A DNA stretch of 64,000 nucleotides, taken from the NCBI GenBank assembly GCA_964016885.1, contig OZ024741.1, positions 101,990,001-102,054,000 on the forward strand. The letters run 5' to 3'. The stretch's first letter is position 1; each line of letters begins with the position of its first letter. This DNA comes from Eledone cirrhosa. Lineage: Eukaryota. This document shows positions 54,997 to 64,000 of this stretch, in pieces. A program made the position numbers and the translations under genes. A model generated the notes under the pieces. That model did no database searches. It was not told where the DNA came from and saw only the letters and a list, made by a program, of their open reading frames with translations.

Positions 54997-55443
54997 AACT
55001 GACGGGTTATTTTATATTCAACTATGAGGGCCTAAATTCAAAATCTGACCTGGGCCTATTACCAGGCTGGTGTCACTAAACATCGCAACTAACCTTATCG
55101 TATTTTCATCTTTAGATGCCTACATTTAACAACTAACCTGGAGCTAGTACCAGCTTTGGGTTCCTACATTTCACACCTCACCTGACCAAATTGACATATT
55201 TCTTTGAAGCCGACAGTTTTTTATATGTCACCTATTCTTATACCATGATGTACACGGTTATTATTGTAAGTGCGGTGAAATAGCAAAATCTCTAAATGTG
55301 TATATCTTATTAAAATAAGATATACACAATGCAGTGTAAGACACTGTATATGGATTGAGCAATTAGAAAGTGATAGTGTTGATGTAGTAACATATAAGAA
55401 ATATCCACAGTGATGTAGTTAAATATAAGTTCAACTCCTAGTT

Positions 55444-55538
55444 GCCTCGGTAGCGCTATAGGCAGCACATCAGTCTAGTAATCGAAAGTAATACTAGGAA
55501 AAATCTGAAAGTCGTGAGGTCGATCCTCACCTGACGCA
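55444..55538 (+). pseudogene. Highly degenerate tRNA-Met copy
   Basis: More than 10 substitutions; anticodon loop altered. Confidence 0.75.
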
Positions 55539-56457
55539 CTATTTCTTCATTTTATTTTATTTTTCAGTCCAAATTTATTATCCTCTGATGGCATTTAAAG
55601 CTTCCTCCATAAAACGTGGAGTTGATTTTTTTTCATAGATTCAGAAATGATCAACCATACATTATGTGTTGTATTAAACAAAATGAACACTGAATTATTT
55701 GGCAGTTAGAAATGTGGAGTCTATTTCACATTTACCAGGTTTAGGGCCTTCATTTCACAACATACTATTTACCACCTTGGGGGACTATATTTCATAAACA
55801 ACCTGGGCTTATTACCTGCTCTGAGGCCTACTTTCCACATCTAACCAAGGAGTATAACCAGATTTAGATGTCTACATTTCAAAACTTACGTAGATCTGTT
55901 ACTAATCTGGGGTCACCTGAGCTCACAATTAAATTGGTCCTATTGCCCGCTTTAGATGCCTACCTTTCACAACTGATCTGGGCTTATTAATATTTTGGGG
56001 CCTACATTTCACAACTAATCTCTGACCACCTGTGTGAATTGCATTTCACATCTCAAGTAAACAAATATAGAAATTTCTTTACAGAATGTTGTACATTTTA
56101 CATCTCACCTGTTCTTACATCGTGGATTACAGGGTCATGGTTATAAAGGCGATGAAATAGCTCTAATTATAATAAGATTATATATACACAGATTTACACA
56201 ATCCTACTACCAGATTTAGATGCTTACACTTCACAACTTATCTGTTTTACTAGTTTTACTAGTTTGGATCGTACATTTCACATCTAACCCCTAACAACTA
56301 CCATCTTTGGAGTCTTACATAGTTAGGTCATGGTTTTAAGGGCGATCAAATAGCTCTAATTAAAATAAAATTATATATACTCAATGCAGTGTTAGACAAC
56401 ATACCAATAAGAATGTATTAGTATTGATGTAGTTAAATAAAAGATGTACTGCCAGTT

Positions 56458-56552
56458 TCTTCAGTAGCGCAGCAGGCAACGCGTCAGTCTCATAATCGTT
56501 AGTAATACTTGGAGGAATCTGAAGGGCGTGAGTTCGATCCTCACCTGGGGCT
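56458..56552 (+). pseudogene. Degenerate tRNA-Met copy
   Basis: Acceptor stem disrupted. Confidence 0.78.
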
Positions 56553-57546
56553 CTTTTCTTTTCATTTATTAGTTCAACAATATTAGCCTTTGAAGGAATT
56601 ATAAAGTTTATTTCGTGAAGCGAGCAGTAGATATTTCGTAGATTCAGAAGTAATCGACCATATAATATATGTTATTAATCAAAATGTACACTGTATTAAC
56701 TGATAGTCAGAAAATAGGGTCTAATTTCGTATACCACTTTGAGGCCCTACATTTCACAACTGACGTGGGACTATTAGTAGCATTGGTATCCACATCTCAC
56801 TTCCCACCTGGGCGTATATCCTCGTTTGCACGGTCTTGATTGTAAGTTCGATGAAATCGCAGTGTCTGTCTATACACTACGTTCAAAAATATTCTTCCCT
56901 GTATCATACTTTAAGTTAAAGATTCACGTATAGAAATAACTAAATGAAATAATTCCGATTGTAAGTTTATCTCCCTTGCATCAGAATGTAATCATAAATG
57001 TTACAATAACTATGAATTAACAATTCCATATATAATATATAATTTTATGAAGTGAGTTGAAATAAAACTCTATATTCTCAATTAGAGATCATCGGGAATG
57101 AAGCCTCCACGATCTCAATTATGTATTTTTATTTGCACTCTATGACTTCATATAAACCTTAATTTCAATGTGGGAAACTTTAATACATATTCCTCGCAAA
57201 AGGTGTTCTAAAGGACCAAGGCACACAGAAATGTAGGCACACAGAACTAGTATTAGTCCCAGGTTAGCTGTGAAATATAAGACCCAAACTAGTAATAGGC
57301 CCATGTCACCTGTTTAATACAGACCTCAAAAGCCAGTAAAATGACGGGAAATTTGTATAGCACCCTCACCCCACCACCAACCTAAGAATCTTTAAAAGGT
57401 CAGGTGAAATGTGAAATGTTGGCTCCAATAACTGGTTAGAATTACATGTCATTTGTGATATATTGGATTATAAAGCTGGTTATAAGACCTGGTCAGTTGG
57501 AAAATAAATAATAATATTATTGAACTAAAAATATATGAAAGATTAG

Positions 57547-57641
57547 TGCCGTAAAGGAGGATCAAACTCACGACCTTCAGATTCCTCCAATTATTACTTC
57601 TGATTATGAGACTTACGCGTAGCCTACTGCGCTGCTGAGGC
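57547..57641 (-). pseudogene. Degenerate inverted tRNA-Met copy
   Basis: Intron present; acceptor stem and B box mutated. Confidence 0.78.
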
Positions 57642-58209
57642 AACTGACGTGTTATCGTATATTTAACTATAAGGGGCTATATTCAAAATCTGACCTGGGC
57701 CTATTACCAGGTTAGAGTCACTAAACATCGTATTTTCATAGTTAGTTGCTTACATTTAACAACTAACTTGGAGCTAGTACCAGCTTTGGCGTCCAACATT
57801 TCACACATCACCTGGTTAAATTGACAAATTTCTTTGAAGTCGACAGTTTTTTTTATATATCACCTGTTCTTATATCGTGATGTACACTCATTATTGTAAG
57901 TGCGGTGAAATAGCAAAATCTCTGAATGACATTCAAAATATTTGTGGTGTTTAGTGGATTCTTTTTATGACAAAATATTTGTGGTGTTTAGTGGATTCTC
58001 TTTATGACAACAATCATGCGCAATATGCATGCACAATTAGAGATTATAATAACATTGAAACTAGCTTGTAATTAACAATTAGATGAATTATAATGAAGTA
58101 GGTAAAAAATATCTCTAATTAAAATAAGATATACACAATGCAGTGCTAGACAACAGCAATTAGAAAGTGATAGTGTTGATGTAGTAACATATAAAGAGCG
58201 TCCACAGTT

Positions 58210-58304
58210 GCCTTGGTAGCGCAGTAGGCAGCGCGTCAGTCTCGTAAACGGAAGTAATACTTGAAGGAATCAGAAGTTCGTCAGTTCAATCCTCACCTGG
58301 GACA
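58210..58304 (+). pseudogene. Degenerate tRNA-Met copy
   Basis: Anticodon CGT; multiple 3'-exon substitutions. Confidence 0.78.
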
Positions 58305-59006
58305 CTAGTTTTTTTAATTTTATTTTTCAGTTCAAATTTATTATCCTCTAATGGCGTTTAAACCTTCCTTCATGAAATGTGAAGTTGGTTTTTTCATAAA
58401 TTGAGAAATGATCAAACATACAATGTGTCAATCACCAAAATGTGCCCTGAATTAATTGGTAGTTAGAAATGCGCAGTCTATTTCATATTTACCAGGTTCA
58501 CAACATAATATTGACCTCTTTAGGGGCCTGTATTTCATAAACAACCTGGGTTTATTACTTGCTCTGAGGCCTACTTTCCACGACTGAACAAGGATTGTAA
58601 CCAGCTCTGAATTCTACATTTCCGAATTTACGTGGGCCTGTTACAAATCTGGGGTCACCTGAGCTCACAATTAACCTGGTCCTATTACCCGCTTTAGATG
58701 CCTACATTTCACAACTCATCTGGGCTTATTAATATTTTGGGGCCTACATTTCACAAATAACCTCTAACTATTAACGCCTTTGTAACTTGGATTTCACATC
58801 TCACCAAAGCAAATATAGAAATTTTGTTACAGAGGGCGCTGCATTTTACATCTCACCTGTTCTCATATCGTAGATTACAAGGTTTCAAGGGCGATGCAAT
58901 AGGTCTAATTAAAATAAAATTATATATACACAATACAGTGTTAGATAACATAGCAATTAGAATGTGTCAGTGTTGATGTAGTTAAATAAAAGATCCGGCG
59001 CTAGTT

Positions 59007-59101
59007 GCCTCGGTAGCGCAGTAGGCAGCGCGCCAGTCTCATAATCAAATGTTATACTGGGAGGAATCTGAAGGTCGTGAGTTCGATCCTCACCTGGGGC
59101 A
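59007..59101 (+). tRNA. tRNA-Met-CAT: tRNA-Met(CAT) with intron, T27C only
   Basis: Intron ATCAAATGTTATACTGGGAGGA; T-run terminator. Confidence 0.78.
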
Positions 59102-59396
59102 CGATTTTTTCTCATTTTATTTCAGTTTTTTAGTTAAATTATATTATCCACTGAAGGTATTTAAAGCTTACATCATGAAGAGTAGATATTTCCTAGATTC
59201 AGAAATGATCGACAAAAACAATATGAGTGCTCTAAAAAAAAACAGGAGGTATACTGGATTAATTGGCAGGTAGATATGTGGTGCATTTCAGATTTCTAAT
59301 TAAAATTAGATATACAAAATGCAGTTAGATATTGTACATGAACTGACAACATAGGAATTAGAAAATAGTTGTTCAATATAAGTCTTTTAGGCAGTT

Positions 59397-59491
59397 TCCT
59401 CGGTAGCGCTGTAGGCGGCGCGCCAGTCTCATAATCGTTAGTAATACTTGGAGGAATCTGAAGGTCGTGAGTTCGACCCTCACCTGGGGCA
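59397..59491 (+). pseudogene. Degenerate tRNA-Met copy
   Basis: G1T, A14T and others. Confidence 0.78.
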
Positions 59492-60943
59492 ATAGATTTT
59501 TTTTCTTTTTTTTTTAGTTTGATTATATTATTATCTGAGCCAATAATATTATACTCTGAAAGGCAGTTAAAGCAAACTTCACGAAGCGAGAAGTAGATAT
59601 TTCCTAGATTCAGAAATGATCAACCATACATTATGTGTTCTATTAAACAAAATCTACACTGAATTGATTGGTATTTTGTAATGTGGAGTATATTTCACAT
59701 TTACCAGGTTTAGTGCTTTCATTCCACAACATACTATTGACTGCTTTGTGGGTCAATATTTTATAAACAACCTCGGCTTATTACGTGTCCGAGGCTACAT
59801 TCCACAACTGACAAAGGAGTATAACCAGATTTAGGTGTCCACATTTCTGAGCTGACGTGGGCCTGTTACTAATCTGGGGTCACCTGGGCACACAATGAAC
59901 CTGGTCTTATTAACCGCTTTATATGCCTACATTTCACAATTGATCTGGGCTTATTTTGGGGCCTACATTTCACAAATAACCTCTAACTATTACCACCTTT
60001 GTAACTTGGATTTCACATCTCATCAAAGCAAATATAGAAATTTCGTTACAGAGGACGCTGCATTTTACATCTCACCTGTTCTTATATCGTGGATTACCAG
60101 GTCATGGTTTTAAGGGCGATGAAATAGCTCTAATTAAAATGACATTATATATACACAATACAGTGTTAGACAACATAGCAATTAGAATATGTTAGTGTTA
60201 GGGACTGACATTTAATATTTTATTTGCCGGTTAATATCCATTTCACAATTCTCCTTGGAGGAATGCCATGACCACTAGATTTATTTTTGGGTTGACGGTG
60301 TGCTAATTTTCACATCTCATGACATTTCGTAGTCTACATTTCATAATCGATTCGGGCCTATTTCTAGGTGTTGGGGGTTAAGTTTTCCATCTCACCTGGG
60401 ACGATTATCAATTTCGGTAGCCTACATTTTACACTTCACCAGGTCATATTAGCTGATTTCTTTACGGAGTGGGTGTTGCTACTAAACAACGTATTTTCAT
60501 CTTTAGATGCCTACATTTAACAACTAACCTGGAGCTAGTACCAGCTTTGGCGTCCAACATTTCACACCTCACCTGGCCAAATTGACATATTTCTTTGAAG
60601 CTGACACAGTTTTTTATATCTCACCTATTCTTATACCATGATGTGCACGGTTATTATTGTAAGTGCGGTGAAATAGCAAAATCTCTAAACGAGGTTCAAA
60701 ATATTTGTGGTGTTTAGTGGATTCTCTTTATGATAACAATCATGCGCAATATGCACAGAATTAGAGGTTATAATAACATTGTAATTAACAATTAGATAAA
60801 TTATAATGAAGTAGGTAAAAAATATCTCTATAATTAAAATAAGATATACACAATGCAGTATTAGACACTGCATATGGGTTGACAACATAGCAATTAAAAT
60901 GTATTAGTGTTGATGTAGTAACATATAAAGAACATCCGAAGTT

Positions 60944-61036
60944 GCCTCGGTAGCGCAGTAGGCAGCTTCGTTCTCATAATCAAAAGTAGTACTTAGAGGA
61001 ATCTGAAGGTCAGGCGTTCGATACTCGCCTTGGGCA
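60944..61036 (+). pseudogene. Degenerate tRNA-Met copy
   Basis: Small deletion in the anticodon stem; T arm mutated. Confidence 0.78.
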
Positions 61037-61184
61037 CATTTTATCATATCTATTTTTTGGTTCAATAATATTACCCACTGAAGGAATTAGGAAACTTACT
61101 TAATGAATCGAGGATTAGATATTTCGTAGATTCAGACATGATTGACCATTTAATATACGTATTATTAGCCAAAGTAAAGAATCT

Positions 61185-61429
61185 CAGTAAAGAATCGCCG
61201 GACAGATTTTACGGGCAAAACCAACTGACAGGCTACCAAGGAGTAGACCCCGAGCAAATTGATTGGATAACATTCATGAGCTTGACTGGTCACGCCTGGG
61301 GATCCAACTGGTTTAGTTGGAGACGGTTGCTTCCGATCAGACTCGCTGGATGGAGTGTTTGGGGACTCTGCCCCCACGACCTTCTCAAGAGTAAGTGGGC
61401 ATAGAAGAAGAAGAAGAAGAAGAAGAAGA
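61185..61429 (+). mobile_element. RTE-like LINE 3' end with (GAA)n tail inserted in the tRNA array
   Basis: Matches 17030-17240 (reverse complement) and 31100-31290. Confidence 0.82.
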
Positions 61430-61802
61430 CTATTAGTGCCCTTTGTTCAAACACCAACTTTGCTACTGTTCACATTTGGTCAGGCCGTTAATACCAGTGT
61501 AGGTGACTAATATTTCACGACTTCAACATTTCACATCTCACAGGTTTGGGAGTCTATATTTGAAGTGAGTGCAAATAAAATCCATAATTAGAGATCGTAA
61601 AGACTTCAAAATTTATAGTTAACGCAAGAATGAAACTACAACTAGTTTTGCAAGTAATTAAAGTAGATAAGCTACGAAAATATATCTAATTGAAAGTTAA
61701 TGAGAGACACAATGAAGTCTTAGACCTTGTACATTGGCTGACAATATAACAATCAACAAGAGATAGTGATGATATAGTTTAATATAAAAAGAACTGTCAG
61801 TT

Positions 61803-61897
61803 GCCTCGGTAGCGCAGTAGGCAGCGCGTCAGTCTCATAATCAGAAGAAATACTTGGAGGAATCTGAAGGTCGTGAGTTCGATCCTCACATAGGGCA
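61803..61897 (+). pseudogene. tRNA-Met(CAT) copy with intron, two acceptor-stem mismatches
   Basis: 3' end CACATAGGGCA. Confidence 0.7.
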
Positions 61898-62377
61898 CAA
61901 TTATTTTTATTCATTTTTTTTTAGTCAATAATATTATTATCTGAGGGCATTAGAAAGTCTATTTCGTGAATCGAGGAGGAGATATTTCGTAGATTCAGAA
62001 GTGATTGACTATATATTATGTGTTCTTTTAACGAAATTTTAATCTGAATTAATGTGTACTTAGAAATGTGATGTACATATGATATCTGTTTTGGTTATAT
62101 TACCAGTTTTTCACTAACATGGAGATAATACCAGGATTGGGAAGGGGAGGCTATATTTTACAATAGACTTGGACCTATTACTAATTTTGAAGGCCCACAT
62201 TTCAAATTTGGCCTGGGTCTAATACTTTACCGTGGGCCTACTTTTAAGAATTGATCTTGACCCATTACCAGTTTTAGTGGCGTGCATATCTCAGCTCACA
62301 TGGTCCTATTATTAGCTTTGTGTGCCTAAATTTCATCTCACTTGATTTGGGAGTCTATATTTCATAACTGACATGTC

Positions 62378-62990
62378 CTATGTGGATTCACAGTGGACTT
62401 TTTCGGCCTCCACCCGCTTTCCTGTCACAGTGCCGACGGCCTCCTGCGCCATGCTGCCCTCAACGAACTCGTAAAGCATGGCTTGGATGCTGCAGGCTTC
62501 CTCTCCCAGCTCGAGCCGGTGGGGCTGGACCGAGGGGACGGCAAAAGGCCAGACGGCATGACCATCTTCCCGTTCGGCGGTGGCAAACTCCTCGTCTGGG
62601 ATGCCTCTTGCCACGACACTTTCTCCAGCTGCAACATGGTGCAGTCTGCGACTAACTCAGGTTCTGCTGCACGCCGGGCTGAGGAGGCCAAGCTCTCCAA
62701 GTACAGTTCGCTCTCCGACAGGTTTGCGGTCCTTGGCCCTAGGGCTACTTCCCTACTCACCACCATAGGCGTTGAGCTGGCCAGCCGCAGGTGTGAGCCT
62801 CGCGAGTTGGAATGGATCTTCCAGCGCATCTCCATTATCATCCTCCGGGGAAACGCCTTCTCCATTCTGTTCGTCGGGGCTGTGAGGAGGCCGGACGTGG
62901 TACCCCATTTGCTCACCATACAGAGAGATGAGGAGGGCGAGAGATATGGAGGCGATGACAGTGGGAGTTCGGCTCTTCCACGTTCGGACC
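62378..62990 (+). mobile_element. CRE-like non-LTR retrotransposon 3' fragment (zinc knuckle remnant + restriction-like endonuclease)
   Basis: GC-rich island; ORF 62393..63046 GLHPLSC...RH...LEPVGLDRGDGKRPDGMTIFPF...LVWDASC...K..KY...FQRISIIILRGNA. Confidence 0.85.
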
Positions 62991-63024
62991 ATATCCTTAT
63001 GGTTGAGTTCATTATCTATAGAGC

Positions 63025-63212
63025 GGTGGATTGGCAATATCGGTAGAGGGTCGAATGTTATGATTTGTAGCATAGAGTTACGGCCCTTTGCGTTCTGAGT
63101 TCAAATCCAGCCAAGGTTAATTTTGCATTTCATTCTTAAGGGGCCGATAAAATAAAGTACTAGTAATATACTTGGGTAATTATTGGCCTTGTGCCAAAAG
63201 TAGAAACAATTA
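63025..63212 (+). mobile_element. Nin-core SINE (another partial copy at 63833-63950)
   Basis: A/B boxes, core and tail. Confidence 0.85.
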
Positions 63213-64000
63213 TCTATAGAGTTCATTCTATTATTCAGACTTCCAATATGACTTATAGCCTAACGAACGCTTAAAACAAGTTTTAGGGGTTACTTTTAAC
63301 ATCCGACTTGAGACTATAACCAATTTCAGTATCCTACATTTCACAAATGACCTGTACCAATTATCTGCTTTGTTCGCCTACATTTTCAACTCGCCTGGTT
63401 ATTTTAGCCGATATCTTTAGGAGATGTGTCCTACATTTCACATCTCAACTGGGTGTATAGCCTGGTTTGTGTGGTGAAGTAGCAATGTCTGTACATTATG
63501 TTCATAATATTTTGTAGTATTAAATTAATTTCTGTTATGATAGCAGATGTTAGATCAAAGATTCACGTATACAATATAAATAAAGTCCGAACGCTAGTGT
63601 ATCTCAGTTGCACAATAATGCAACCACTAACGTTATAATTAATATGTATTAAAGTTTCCCTCGTGTAATTAAGATTTATATGATGTAAGTTTGTGCAAAT
63701 AAAAATCTATAATTAGATATCGTGGAGACTTCAGAACTTAAGGTTATTTCCTTAACACAACCAGTTTTGTACTTGAGGTAATTAAAGTAGATAAGATATA
63801 ATAAAGCAGCCCCGAAAAGATAATATTATTATTTAAATCCCGCCGAGGTTGACTTTGCCTTTCATCCTTACGGGGTCGATAAAATAAAGTACCAGTAATG
63901 CACTGGGTTATTTGCTGGCCTTGTGCCTAAAGTAGAAACAATTATTATTTATTTTCCAACTGACCAGGTCTTATAACCAGCTTTATAGTCCAATATAACC

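Noticed and set aside
62425-63012. 195-aa antisense ORF
   Set aside because: It is the shadow of the GC-rich retrotransposon frame on the opposite strand.

Overview
AT-rich, microsatellite-dense eukaryotic DNA with no recognisable host protein-coding gene. The Nin-domain tRNA-SINEs, RTE-like LINEs and long (TA)n/(CA)n tracts suggest an invertebrate animal, probably a cephalopod such as Octopus (inference). The left 35 kb is a mobile-element field. It contains two Penelope-like retroelements (RT + GIY-YIG), a Merlin/ISXO2 DNA transposon with an 8-bp TSD nested in a ~1.7-kb foldback element, LINE fragments, a Helitron-like element, a rearranged 5S rRNA copy, and more than a dozen type-I hammerhead ribozyme motifs. 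Several of these motifs start at the axis of long inverted duplications, and many of the units abut (TA)n. The right 28 kb is a tandem array of 28 elongator tRNA-Met(CAT) genes and pseudogenes. All but one carry a 22-nt intron at the canonical 37/38 position, with the pairing geometry typical of tRNA splicing endonuclease substrates, which is unusual for an animal tRNA-Met. The array lies in a degenerate 44-bp satellite and was built by segmental duplication, inversion and microhomology deletion. All coordinates were read by eye and may be off by a few bases.
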